Positions 52,523 to 62,000 of a stretch of DNA of 64,000 bases are shown here, piece after piece. The DNA is from an uncultured delta proteobacterium. GTDB taxonomy: Bacteria; Desulfobacterota; Binatia; HRBIN30; BPIQ01. The stretch spans positions 1,056,001-1,120,000 of the forward strand of contig CAVXGR010000018.1 of the NCBI GenBank assembly GCA_963761335.1, in the 5' to 3' direction. The position numbers and the translations under genes are program-made. The notes beneath the pieces were generated by a model. It searched no databases and had not been told where the DNA came from. It saw only the letters and a program-made list of their open reading frames with translations. The stretch's first letter is position 1, and the number at the start of each line of letters is the position of its first letter.

Positions 52523-53692
52523 ATGGAGGCGCACAGCTCGCTCGAGATCTTCGGCATCACCGAGGAAAGCGCCTCCCTGTGCGTGCGCCCGCACGCCGGG
52601 GATGAAAGCTCATTGGCGCGCCGCCGGGGTGCCTTGGTGCTCTGCGCCGCCGGTGAAGAGCGGGTTGTCTCGGCCTCGGCAGTGGTGCGCCTCGAAGGGC
52701 TCGAGCCGGATGCGGCCTACGTGGCTCGCCTGTGGCGCGGCGACCTGGAGCTGGCCGCATGCCGCTTTCGCACCTTGGCGGCGCCGCCGGCGCCGCAGGT
52801 GGCATCGTTCGCCACCATCGACGACCCGCATTTCGGCGAGGTGCGGCAAGGCGCGGCTTGCCGGGAGGGCGAGCCATGGCGCTTCATGAACGACGACGCG
52901 GTCGCCGCGATCAACCGACTTGCCGTCGACGCGGTGATCGTCAAGGGCGACCTGACGCACGCAGCCCGGCCGGAGCAGTTCGCCGCCGCCGCCGCTACCC
53001 TGGCGCGCTTGCGGGCGCCGCTGCACCTGATTTTCGGAAACCACGATCTGGGAAACGGCGATGCCGGCGCCGCCGGTGCGACAGCGCACTTCGCTGACCC
53101 GGCGGCGCCGGGCGCCGTCCGCGTTGGCGGCTGGCTGCTCGTCATGCTCGACACCGTCGAGCCCGGCGCTCACCGGGGCCGTCTCGACGAGGCGCAGCTG
53201 GGCTGGCTCGAGGAGGTGTTGAGCGATGCCAGCTGTCGCCGGGCGCCGACTCTGCTGCTCATGCATCACCAGCTGGTTCTCCACGGCGACTGCCGCTCGC
53301 GCCCGGACAGCATCGGCCTGCGGCGCGAGGACTCGCTGCGCCTGGTGGGCCTGCTGCGCGACCATGCCCAGGTGCGCGGCATTCTGAGCGGTCATTCGCA
53401 CCGCAACCGGGTGCAGTACCACCCGGCCCTCGATGGCGTGCCGCTGGTCGAGGTCTGTGCCACCAAGGACTATCCGGGCGCCTACGCGCACTACCGGCTG
53501 TTCGCGGATGGCAGCTTCCGCCAGGAGGTGCGGCGCATCGCCAGCCGCCGGGCCCTGCGGCACTCCGAGCACTGCCGGGGTCTGCCGCCAGCCGGTCCCG
53601 AGGCGGTGCTCGGACCGCTGTGGGCGCGCAGCTTCGCCAGCGAGCCATCGCTCGCCTGCGTCGAGCCGCCGCTGGCGCGTCGCTGCGCCTGA
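52523..53692 (+). CDS. Metallophosphoesterase (CpdA/Icc-like)
   Basis: DPH, GD, GNHD, HH and GHSH motifs. Confidence 0.88.
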   Translation: MEAHSSLEIFGITEESASLCVRPHAGDESSLARRRGALVLCAAGEERVVSASAVVRLEGLEPDAAYVARLWRGDLELAACRFRTLAAPPAPQVASFATIDDPHFGEVRQGAACREGEPWRFMNDDAVAAINRLAVDAVIVKGDLTHAARPEQFAAAAATLARLRAPLHLIFGNHDLGNGDAGAAGATAHFADPAAPGAVRVGGWLLVMLDTVEPGAHRGRLDEAQLGWLEEVLSDASCRRAPTLLLMHHQLVLHGDCRSRPDSIGLRREDSLRLVGLLRDHAQVRGILSGHSHRNRVQYHPALDGVPLVEVCATKDYPGAYAHYRLFADGSFRQEVRRIASRRALRHSEHCRGLPPAGPEAVLGPLWARSFASEPSLACVEPPLARRCA

Positions 53693-53844
53693 CGGCCGGC
53701 GATGCAGGGGACACTCACCGCAAACCCGGCAACCAGAAAACTGAGCCACTGAGAAACCGAGCCACCCTCATCGCCTCCGTCGCAAAGCGGGGGGCATTGC
53801 GGTATGTGCGGTAGACCTGCTGGAGGAATTGTGAGGCGCGTGCG

Positions 53845-54012
53845 ATGAGCTGGGGAATGGTGGGCTATGCGGCCCTGTGCGTAGTGGTGCCGGTGGTGTG
53901 GGGAGTTCTGGTGGTCTGGGCATCGAACCGCATCGAGCACAGTCTCGGCGGGCACCAGGGCTCCGACCGCCGCGGGCGGCGCCCGAAGCGGCCGATCGAA
54001 TACCACATCTGA
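53845..54012 (+). CDS. 55-aa single-pass membrane protein ending IEYHI
   Basis: Hand translation MSWGMVGYAALCVVVPVVWGVLVVWASNR...PIEYHI; stop 6 nt before the TauE ATG. Confidence 0.65.
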   Translation: MSWGMVGYAALCVVVPVVWGVLVVWASNRIEHSLGGHQGSDRRGRRPKRPIEYHI

Positions 54013-54018
54013 GCCGGC

Positions 54019-54948
54019 ATGCTGTGGGCCCAGCTCGGGGTCGGCGTCGGTCACCCGGTGTTTCTGCCGGCACTGGCGCTGGTCGGTCTCTTCATCGGCT
54101 ACATCGCCGGAATGTTCGGCGTCGGCGGCGGCTTTCTGCTGACGCCGGTGCTCATCTCGATGTTCGGCGTTCCGGTGCCGATCGCCGTGGGCTCGGCGCT
54201 CTGCCAGAAGTGCGGCACCTCGATCGCCTCGTTTCTCAAGTACCGCTCCCTGAAGCGCGGCGATCCGCACATCGACGTGGTCATGCTCGGCGGCAGTCTG
54301 ATCGGCGTCGATGCCGGTACCCGCCTGCTGCACTATCTGACCACCCTGGGAAGCTGGCAGATCGGCGGCGGTCGGGCGATGCCGGCGGTGCAGGTCGTTC
54401 TCGACGCGCTCTTCATCGTCATGCTCTCGGTGATCGCCGCCTACACGTTCAACGACGCCTGGCGCGCCCGGCGGAAGAAGGTGCCGCGCGGCGACCGCAC
54501 GATTCCCGGCCCGCTGGTGACGCGGGTGCGCATCCCGCCCTACGTGGATCTGCCCGACGTCGACCTCTGGCAGGTGTCGGTGCCGATGCTGGCCTATCTC
54601 GGCTTCGTCCTCGGCGTCGCCTCCGGGCTCATGGGCATCGGCGGCGGCGTTCTCTTCCTGCCGATCCTGCTCTACGGCTTCGGCCTCTCGGCGCGCAACG
54701 CCGCCGGCACGGGGGTGCTGCTGCTGTTTGCCACCGTCGCCGTGGGCACCTTCGAGCAGGGGCTGCGCGGCGACGTCAGCCTCGAGCTGGCGCTCGCCAT
54801 TCTCCTCGGCTCGTCGATCGGCTCGCAGCTCGGCGCCCTGACCACGCACCGAATCCGCAATCGCACCTTGCGCCTGATCTTCTCCCTCCTGGTCGGGGGG
54901 ACGGTGGTGATGATCGCCTGGGACCTCTCCCGCCTCCTCCGCGCCTAG
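54019..54948 (+). CDS. TauE/SafE (TSUP) family exporter
   Basis: AGMFGVGGGFLLTP and SGLMGIGGG repeats, GSQLGA. Confidence 0.92.
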   Translation: MLWAQLGVGVGHPVFLPALALVGLFIGYIAGMFGVGGGFLLTPVLISMFGVPVPIAVGSALCQKCGTSIASFLKYRSLKRGDPHIDVVMLGGSLIGVDAGTRLLHYLTTLGSWQIGGGRAMPAVQVVLDALFIVMLSVIAAYTFNDAWRARRKKVPRGDRTIPGPLVTRVRIPPYVDLPDVDLWQVSVPMLAYLGFVLGVASGLMGIGGGVLFLPILLYGFGLSARNAAGTGVLLLFATVAVGTFEQGLRGDVSLELALAILLGSSIGSQLGALTTHRIRNRTLRLIFSLLVGGTVVMIAWDLSRLLRA

Positions 54949-55145
54949 CCCCACCAGAGTAGAGGAGGCGTCCCGCCTCCTCAGGGGCGGCCGGGGTCGG
55001 GGGGGATCGTCCTCGTGCTCAGACGCGACACCAGCCGGGGCTGGTTGGATGGACAATGAACCTGGGAATAGAGGTTCGTTGGTGGCGGGTAGAGGTTCTA
55101 CTCCCTTCGTTTGACCGCGGCGCGGGTCGTGGTAACCGTTGGGCG

Positions 55146-55664
55146 ATGAAAGGCGTGCTGCACGGATATTTGGCTGCTGATCATCGGCGTCTCGAGGCGC
55201 TGCTCGAGCGCGCCGAAGCGGGCGCTCCGCAGGTCGATCGCGAGGCGTACGCCGCCTTTCGCGCCGGGCTGCTGCGGCACATCTCGATGGAGGAGAAGAT
55301 TCTTCTGCCCGAGGCGCAGCGGCGCCGCGGCGGCGAGCCTCTGGCGCAGGCCGCCCAGCTGCGCCTCGAGCACGGCGCCATTGCGGCGCTGCTGGTGCCC
55401 TCGCCGTCGGCGGACGTCATTGCCACGCTGCGAGTGGTGCTGGCGGCGCACGACCCGATCGAGGAAGATGCCGAAGGCGTCTATGCCCTCTGCGAAGAGC
55501 TCGCCGGAGACGCGGTGGAGGATCTCCTGGCGCGCCTGCGCGCCGCTCCCGAGGTCCGCGTCGCCGCCCACGTCGACGGCGCCAGGGTGCTGGCCTCGGC
55601 CCGGCGCGCCCTCGAGCGCGCCGGCTTCGAGGTGGCGGCTCTGCCGCTGACGCGGCAGGAGTAG
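55146..55664 (+). CDS. Hemerythrin/HHE cation-binding domain protein
   Basis: DHRRL, RHISMEE..LLP, EH, H...EE..VY. Confidence 0.85.
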   Translation: MKGVLHGYLAADHRRLEALLERAEAGAPQVDREAYAAFRAGLLRHISMEEKILLPEAQRRRGGEPLAQAAQLRLEHGAIAALLVPSPSADVIATLRVVLAAHDPIEEDAEGVYALCEELAGDAVEDLLARLRAAPEVRVAAHVDGARVLASARRALERAGFEVAALPLTRQE

Positions 55665-55688
55665 AAGGCCGCCGCGAAGGGGGGACAG

Positions 55689-56147
55689 TGCGTCATGAGC
55701 CTTGCGGCTCGCCAGCAGACGATGAAAATGAGGCTGGGGATCTGACCCGTGAAGAGATTTGGCGGTTCTCGCCTGGGCGAAGTTCGCCCCGGAGGGGCGG
55801 TGGCGTGTAGCCCCGGGTGAAACCCGGGGAAAAATGCACCGTCCGTCATACGCGCCCCGCCAGGGGCGCGGGCAGATTTTCGTCGACGTCGCGCCTGTAC
55901 GCCGATTATCACCGCTGGGTGCGTGGGTAGCTCATGGACGTGATTCACGCGGCCTCTACGCCTGCGCCCCTGCGGGGCGCTGATCTGGGCCAATCGGAAC
56001 GCGGTTCCCGGGTTGACACCCGGGGCTACATGCCCGCGCCCCTCCGGGGCGATGAGCTCCACGCCAAGCGCCGGGGCTCCGCAGACCCTTCCCTCCCGCC
56101 AAGCGCCAGTCCCCGCCAGACCTTCACCCAAGACATTTTCGAAGCAG
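55689..56147. mobile_element. 459-bp non-coding element inserted in a REP at GGGGACAG^GCACC
   Basis: Same left and right ends as 42174-42469; removing it restores GGGGACAGGCACCTCTTCGGCG...CGCCGAAAAGGAGCCAGTCCCC; internal long inverted repeat of GCCCCGGAGGGGC-type REPs. Confidence 0.75.
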
Positions 56148-56343
56148 GCACCTCTTCGGCGAGCAACGCGAAACGTCCAACCTATTTCTCGTGCCGCCGA
56201 AAAGGAGCCAGTCCCCGTTCTGCTTCTTGACAGGTGGGAACTCTGTGTGAGACTGAGGCAAGGCTATGACTAGGGGAACCTTTGGGAGAATAGGGAAGCC
56301 GTCGGCGCTGCGCGTGAATGGGGCGCGCCGCGGACGGTCACGG

Positions 56344-56574
56344 ATGAGCTCGGGGCAGCTGGCAGAGGCCGGAGTCCTTGCCGCGTGCGCTTTGGCGGTG
56401 CTTCCGTCGACGGCACACGCGTATCTGGATCCGGGAAGCGGCAGCATGGCCCTGCAGATCTTACTGGCCACGGCGCTCGGCGCGGTCTACGCGGTGCGCG
56501 CGTACTGGCGAAAGATCCGCGCGCGCTTCACGCGGCCGCGCGAGGAGGTGGAGGCCGTCGACACGAATGACTGA
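56344..56574 (+). CDS. Small membrane protein with signal peptide and YLDPGSGS motif
   Basis: AHA-YLDPGSGSMALQILL, TM helix, basic WRKIRARF; overlaps the next ATG. Confidence 0.8.
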   Translation: MSSGQLAEAGVLAACALAVLPSTAHAYLDPGSGSMALQILLATALGAVYAVRAYWRKIRARFTRPREEVEAVDTND

Positions 56575-57949
56575 CGGGGTGGCCGCGAGCTCCTTTCGCG
56601 ACCCCAGCGGTTTCGTCTTCCGGCGCGGCGGTACCCTCTACCGCCAGATCAACCAACCGGCGGGAGACGACTACGACCATCTGATCTCCTCCGGGCTCTA
56701 CGACACGCTGGCACGTGCCGGCCTGTTGATCCCGCACGTCGAAGTTGGCCCGGCGGAGGCGTATGCCGGTGCGGCCCACCAGGTGATTCGGCCGGAGCCG
56801 ATTCCGTTCGTTTCGTATCCGTACGAGTGGTGCTTCAGTCAGCTGCGCGACGCCGCGCTCGCCACCCTGGACATTCTCCGCCGTGCCCTCGACTGCGGCA
56901 TGATCCTCAAGGATGCCAGCGCCTACAACCTGCAGCTGCGGCGCGGCCGCCTGGTTCTGATCGACACCCTCTCCTTCACCCGCTACCGCGAAGGCCAGCC
57001 GTGGGTCGCCTATCGCCAGTTCTGCCAGCACTTCCTCGCCCCCCTGGCGCTGATGAGCTACACCGACGTGCGCCTCGGGCAGCTCCTGCGCGTGTATCTC
57101 GACGGCGTTCCGTTGGACCTGGCCAGCAGCCTGTTGCCGGTGCGGACGCGGGCGCGCTTTGCGCTCCTCGCCCACATCCACCTGCACGCCCGCAGCCAGC
57201 GCCGCCTCGCCGGCAAGCGGGAAACGCAGAGCTCTGGCCGCGTCGGCCGCCAGGGGCTCCTCGGGGTCATTGACAGTCTCGAAGGCGCCGTGCGCCGCCT
57301 GCGCTGGCGGCCGCAGGGAACCGAGTGGGCAGAGTACTATTCCGAGACGCACTACTCGGAGGCCGCGCGGGCCGCGAAGGTGCGACTGGTGGAGGAGTTG
57401 CTGGAGAGCGCCGAGCCCGCCGTCGTCTGGGATCTGGGCGCCAACACCGGAGTCTTCAGCCGACTCGCCAGCCAGCGCGGCGCGCTCACCGTCTCCTTTG
57501 ATTCCGATCCGGCGGCCGTGGAGCAGAGCTATCTGCGCTGCCGCCGCGAGCGGGAAGCCGGCTTGATCCCCGTGCTCCTCGACCTGACCAACCCGAGCTC
57601 CGGCATCGGCTGGGCACACGAGGAGCGCACCGCCTGGCTCGACCGCGGTCCGGCGGACACGGTCATGGCACTGGCCCTGATCCATCACCTGGCGATCTCC
57701 AACAACCTTCCCCTGCCGGCCCTGGCGGCCTTCTTCGCGCGCCTCTGCCGCAGCCTCATCATCGAGTTCGTGCCCAAGGAAGACGAGAGAGTGCAGCAGC
57801 TACTGGCGACGCGCGAGGACGTTTTCCCCAACTACCGCGAGTCGGCCTTCGAGCAAGAGTTCAAGCGATACTTCAATATCGAGCGGCGCGCGCCCATCCC
57901 GGACAGCCGTCGAACCCTCTACCTGATGAAGCGCCGCGACGCCGCTTGA
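56567..57949 (+). CDS. NoeA-like protein with C-terminal SAM-dependent methyltransferase domain
   Basis: SFRDPSG, SYPYEW, LKDASAYN, IDTLSF, WDLGANTG, LALIHHL, IEFVP. Confidence 0.88.
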   Translation: MTDGVAASSFRDPSGFVFRRGGTLYRQINQPAGDDYDHLISSGLYDTLARAGLLIPHVEVGPAEAYAGAAHQVIRPEPIPFVSYPYEWCFSQLRDAALATLDILRRALDCGMILKDASAYNLQLRRGRLVLIDTLSFTRYREGQPWVAYRQFCQHFLAPLALMSYTDVRLGQLLRVYLDGVPLDLASSLLPVRTRARFALLAHIHLHARSQRRLAGKRETQSSGRVGRQGLLGVIDSLEGAVRRLRWRPQGTEWAEYYSETHYSEAARAAKVRLVEELLESAEPAVVWDLGANTGVFSRLASQRGALTVSFDSDPAAVEQSYLRCRREREAGLIPVLLDLTNPSSGIGWAHEERTAWLDRGPADTVMALALIHHLAISNNLPLPALAAFFARLCRSLIIEFVPKEDERVQQLLATREDVFPNYRESAFEQEFKRYFNIERRAPIPDSRRTLYLMKRRDAA

Positions 57950-57960
57950 GGGGAGGGGCA

Positions 57961-59703
57961 GTGAGCAGGGCAGGCTCCCTGGTGAAGGGCCATGTCGGGC
58001 GCCTGCCCGAGCTGCTCGCCGTGGCGGGGTGGCTCGCGGGCAATCTGTTCGTCTTCGGCACGCACTCCACCTACGCCGGCAATCGCGATCTCTTCTCCGT
58101 CCCCTTCAGTTTCCTGCTGGAGCGCTATTATCTCCATCCTCTGGCGCTGCTGGTTCTCGGCCTGCTGGGGGTGGGGCTGCTGCTTCCAGGGCGCGGGCTC
58201 TACCGCGTCTACTTGGTGACCCTCTTCGGCGTCGGCCTGATGACCTGGGTCCAGGGAAACTTCCTGGTGTGGAACTACGGGGCATTCGACGGCACGGCCA
58301 TCGACTTCGCTTCGCACCGCCTCGCCGGGGGGCTCGAGGTGGTGCTGTGGATCTCGGTGCTCAGCCTTCTGCTCATCTATCGCGAGCGCGCCCACCGGCA
58401 CCTGGTCTTCGTCGCCGGGGGGCTCTGCCTGCTGCAGGCGGTCGCCATTCTGCCCCTGCGCAGCGGGCAGGCGGCGGCGAAGGCGGTCAAGCAGCGGCAT
58501 CCCAGCGGCATGCCGCTGGTCACCTCGCGGCCGGATTCGGTTTTCGAGTTCTCCCGCGCCGGCAACGTGATCATCTACATATCCGACGGCTTCGAGTCGG
58601 ATATCTTTCGCGAGATCGTCGACGGCCCGGACGGCTTTGCCGCCGACCTGGACGGCTTCACCTTCTTCGACGACACCTCGACCAACGCCCGGGTGACGAT
58701 CGGCGCCTATCCGGCGTTGATCAGCGGCTCCATGTACGACGGCACCGTTCCCTTTCGCACCTACGCACAGGAGACGGTGGGGCGCGACAACATCGGTCGG
58801 GCGCTCTACCGCGCCGGCTACTCGGTCGCCTTCGTTTTGGAATCGGGCAACCTGCAGTTTCAGCGCGAGCACTGTGTCAGCCCCTTCCTCTTCCTGAAGC
58901 AATTTTCCGCGGACGATCTCGCCAGTCGCCGGGTTCTCAACGCCACCCTGTTTCGGCACGTCCCTCACCTGCTCAAGCCGTACGTGTTCGACGGCACCAG
59001 CGGGGTGGCGGCGCGGCTGCTCAACGACCCGATTCATATGATGGACGTCAACGGCACCACGGCGTACGTCGATTTCATGAACCTGATGAACCTGCGCATG
59101 ACGGCGCGCGGCGGGCCGCCGACCTTCAAGCTCTTCCACCTGCTCAACGCCCATCCGCCGATCTCTCTCAACGAGCGCTGCGAGTACGAGCGCATGACCA
59201 TGCGGCGCAAGGACTGGGTGCGCACCAACGTGTGCTCGATGAAGATGTTCGCGCGCTTTCTCGCCCATCTGAAAGCGCTCGGCGTCTACGACAAGTCGAC
59301 GATCGTCTTCCTCGGCGACCACGGCGCCAAGGGCTCCGATACCGGCATTACTGCGGTGACCAAGGGTCTGAGCGTCGCCGACGCCTGGCCGGCTCTGGCG
59401 ATCAAGCCGCCCGGCAGCCACGGGCCGCTGCGCGCCTCGAGCGTGCCGGCGGAGCTCTCCGACGTCCCCGCCACCATCGCGGCGCTCACCGGCATCGGCG
59501 ACAGGTTTCCCGGCCGTTCCGTCTTTTCGCTGCGCGCCGGCGAGAAGCGCGAGCGCTACTTCTTCCTCGGCGCCTTCCGCGAGCGCTGGGACAAGACCGT
59601 CGACACGCTTCCCCACCGCGTCGACTTCGCCATCCGCGGGCCGGTCAGAGACCGATCATCCTGGTTCCCGCTGGTCGACGACACGGCGTCGACCGGGGGT
59701 TGA
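57961..59703 (+). CDS. Membrane-anchored sulfatase/LTA-synthase-like (alkaline phosphatase superfamily) protein
   Basis: N-terminal TM helices; NVIIYISDGF, HLLNAHPP, LGVYDKSTIVFLGDHG, DVPATI. Confidence 0.8.
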   Translation: MSRAGSLVKGHVGRLPELLAVAGWLAGNLFVFGTHSTYAGNRDLFSVPFSFLLERYYLHPLALLVLGLLGVGLLLPGRGLYRVYLVTLFGVGLMTWVQGNFLVWNYGAFDGTAIDFASHRLAGGLEVVLWISVLSLLLIYRERAHRHLVFVAGGLCLLQAVAILPLRSGQAAAKAVKQRHPSGMPLVTSRPDSVFEFSRAGNVIIYISDGFESDIFREIVDGPDGFAADLDGFTFFDDTSTNARVTIGAYPALISGSMYDGTVPFRTYAQETVGRDNIGRALYRAGYSVAFVLESGNLQFQREHCVSPFLFLKQFSADDLASRRVLNATLFRHVPHLLKPYVFDGTSGVAARLLNDPIHMMDVNGTTAYVDFMNLMNLRMTARGGPPTFKLFHLLNAHPPISLNERCEYERMTMRRKDWVRTNVCSMKMFARFLAHLKALGVYDKSTIVFLGDHGAKGSDTGITAVTKGLSVADAWPALAIKPPGSHGPLRASSVPAELSDVPATIAALTGIGDRFPGRSVFSLRAGEKRERYFFLGAFRERWDKTVDTLPHRVDFAIRGPVRDRSSWFPLVDDTASTGG

Positions 59704-59752
59704 AACCATTTCAACCGGGGGTGGCCGCGGAGCTCGCCGCCCCGCCACCCGC

Positions 59753-60016
59753 TCAGCCGCCGGCGGCGGATTTCAGAAAGGAGACCGTGTCGCCGTCGGT
59801 GACGGGCGTGGACATGCCCTTCTTGTGGCTGATCAGCACGCCGTTGACGACCACGGCGGCGACCCGGGTGAGCTTCTCGAACGATTCGGCGTTGGCGCCG
59901 AAGCGCTCGCGGGTGAGCCGTACCACGTCGTCGACGGTGCGCGCTCCCTCCACCTCGAAGCGGCGCACGCCGAGTGCCTTGCTCATGTCGTAGGTGAGCT
60001 CGACCGCAATGCTCAT
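59753..60016 (-). CDS. MoaD/ThiS-family sulfur carrier
   Basis: VVNG, DGDTVSF, C-terminal AAGG; follows aor. Confidence 0.92.
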   Translation of the reverse strand: MSIAVELTYDMSKALGVRRFEVEGARTVDDVVRLTRERFGANAESFEKLTRVAAVVVNGVLISHKKGMSTPVTDGDTVSFLKSAAGG

Positions 60017-60048
60017 GGGATATCCTCCCGTCCGCAAGAACCGGCTGG

Positions 60049-61932
60049 TCAGCAGCGCACCTGCAGGCGCTCCAGTGTTCGCTTGGTCGGTACGCCGTCG
60101 GCGTCCCAGCCGCGCAGGTGATAGTAGCGGGGCAGCAGCTGGCCCAGCGGGTGACCCGACTTCATGCCCTTGAACGTCGGCTCGTGCAGCATTCGCGGCG
60201 GAAGAGTGTCGTCGCGACCGGTCATCCCCTCGCGCAGGTTGTACATCCGCTCCAGGTTGAAGATCCGGCCGCCGGTCTCCTGGAGATGGCCGGAGGAGAA
60301 GGTGGTGCCGGTGATGTAGGTGAGCCATTTCTCGAACCACAGCATCGGTCGCCCCTTCAGGCCCATGACGGTGCGGAGGATCGGACCGCTGTTCTCGAAG
60401 GCGGTGGCCAGGAGCTTGTAGGTGAAGGAGTTCGGGTCGAGATTGTGCACCGCCTTCGGAATGATTCCGTAGGTGGTGAATATGCAGAGCACCATGGAGT
60501 TGATGGTGCAGGCCAGGTTCTGCTGCAGGATGGGGATGTCGGCCTTGAGCTTCAGGTTCTGCGGGTTGATGGTCAGCGGCCCGACCGACTCGAGGTACAT
60601 GCTGGCGCCCTGGACGTGACAGCCGCCGCGGTTGGTGGTTGCGTACTCGACCCCCTGGGCGAAGGAGCCGCGCGGATCGTAGGCCGAGAGCTCCAGGCCC
60701 TTGACGTGCATGGCGAACTCGTTGCCGCCGTACTTCTCCGCCAGGCGCTTCACGCCCTCGGCGAGATCGTTGCCGAGGCCGCGGCGGAAGGCGATGTCCT
60801 TGATCACCTCGCTGACCCCGGAGGCGTCGCCGAAGTGCAGGCCGGCATTCAGCATGCCGCGCTCCTGCAGCTCCATGGCGAAGCTCAGCGAGGTACCCAG
60901 GCTGATGGTGTCCATGCCCAGGTCGTCGGCCAGATAGTTCCACTCGGACACCTTCTTCAAATCGAGGATCTCGAGGTTGGGGCCGAGCAGCGCGACCGTC
61001 TCGTACTCCGGGCCCTTGACGCGGCCGACACCTTCGACGTTCACGTCGCGGCCGCAGGTGACCGGACAGTGAATACAGCTGGATTTGATGCCGACGAGCT
61101 CGTGGTCCTCCATGTACTCGCCGGAGATGTTCATGGCGTCGGGGTGATGCCCGTACTTGAAGTTGTGGGTGGGAATGATGTTGCGGGCGTTGGTGGTATT
61201 GACGATGCCGGCGGTGCCGTAGCGTTTGAGCTTCTCGCCGAGGACCGGGTGATCGCGGAACATCTCCCGCACCCACTTCGTGTATTCCTTGAACTTCTCC
61301 TCGTCGTCCATGTCGAGCTTGCGCGAGCCGTTGACCGAGATCGCCTTGAGGCGCTTCGACCCCATGACGGCGCCGACGCCGGTGCGGCCGGCGATGCGCT
61401 CGTTGGAGACGATGCCGGCGTAGCGGACCAGGTTCTCTCCCGCCGGCCCGATGACCGCGTGGTATTTCTTCTTGCCGAGGATCTGCTGCGTCTCGTACGT
61501 ACCCTTGCCCCAGAGATCCTCGGCGTCGATGAAGGCGACTGTGGAGCGGTCGCCGTCGACCTCGAGGCGCACCGGCTTCTCCGACTGGTGCTTCACCACC
61601 AGAATGTCGATGCCGGCGCGCTTCAGGCCATAGGCGAAGGAGCCGCCACAGGCGGCATTGCCGATACCGCCGGTGAGCGGGCTCTTGCAGACGACGGCAA
61701 AGCGATTCGACTGCGGTGCCACGGAGCCGTTCAGAGGTCCGGTGGCGAAGATCAGGGGGTTCTGCGGGCCGAGCGGGTCGATGCCCGCGTCGGTCATGTC
61801 GTAGAGTAGGCGGGTCCCGTATCCCTTACCGCCGATGTAGAGGCGGGCCGTCTCCTCGTCGAGAGGCTTGAAGGCGAAGGTCTGATTGCCGAGATCGACT
61901 TCGAGAATCCGACCGGCATAGCCGCTGATCAT
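60049..61932 (-). CDS. aor: Aldehyde:ferredoxin oxidoreductase family (tungstopterin) enzyme
   Basis: KSPLTG, IGPAGEN, GRTGVGAVMGSK, CIHCPVTC, EYET, DDLGMDTIS, YDPR, RGGCH. Confidence 0.95.
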   Translation of the reverse strand: MISGYAGRILEVDLGNQTFAFKPLDEETARLYIGGKGYGTRLLYDMTDAGIDPLGPQNPLIFATGPLNGSVAPQSNRFAVVCKSPLTGGIGNAACGGSFAYGLKRAGIDILVVKHQSEKPVRLEVDGDRSTVAFIDAEDLWGKGTYETQQILGKKKYHAVIGPAGENLVRYAGIVSNERIAGRTGVGAVMGSKRLKAISVNGSRKLDMDDEEKFKEYTKWVREMFRDHPVLGEKLKRYGTAGIVNTTNARNIIPTHNFKYGHHPDAMNISGEYMEDHELVGIKSSCIHCPVTCGRDVNVEGVGRVKGPEYETVALLGPNLEILDLKKVSEWNYLADDLGMDTISLGTSLSFAMELQERGMLNAGLHFGDASGVSEVIKDIAFRRGLGNDLAEGVKRLAEKYGGNEFAMHVKGLELSAYDPRGSFAQGVEYATTNRGGCHVQGASMYLESVGPLTINPQNLKLKADIPILQQNLACTINSMVLCIFTTYGIIPKAVHNLDPNSFTYKLLATAFENSGPILRTVMGLKGRPMLWFEKWLTYITGTTFSSGHLQETGGRIFNLERMYNLREGMTGRDDTLPPRMLHEPTFKGMKSGHPLGQLLPRYYHLRGWDADGVPTKRTLERLQVRC

Positions 61933-62000
61933 GATGCACCTCCACGGTGTTTGTACCCGGGGTGCAGCCGCTGAACAACCGGGGGCATGTCCCGCAGGGC

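Noticed and set aside
61933..62000. Moco/Wco riboswitch upstream of aor
   Set aside because: The intergenic region is only 68 nt and shows no recognisable conserved structure
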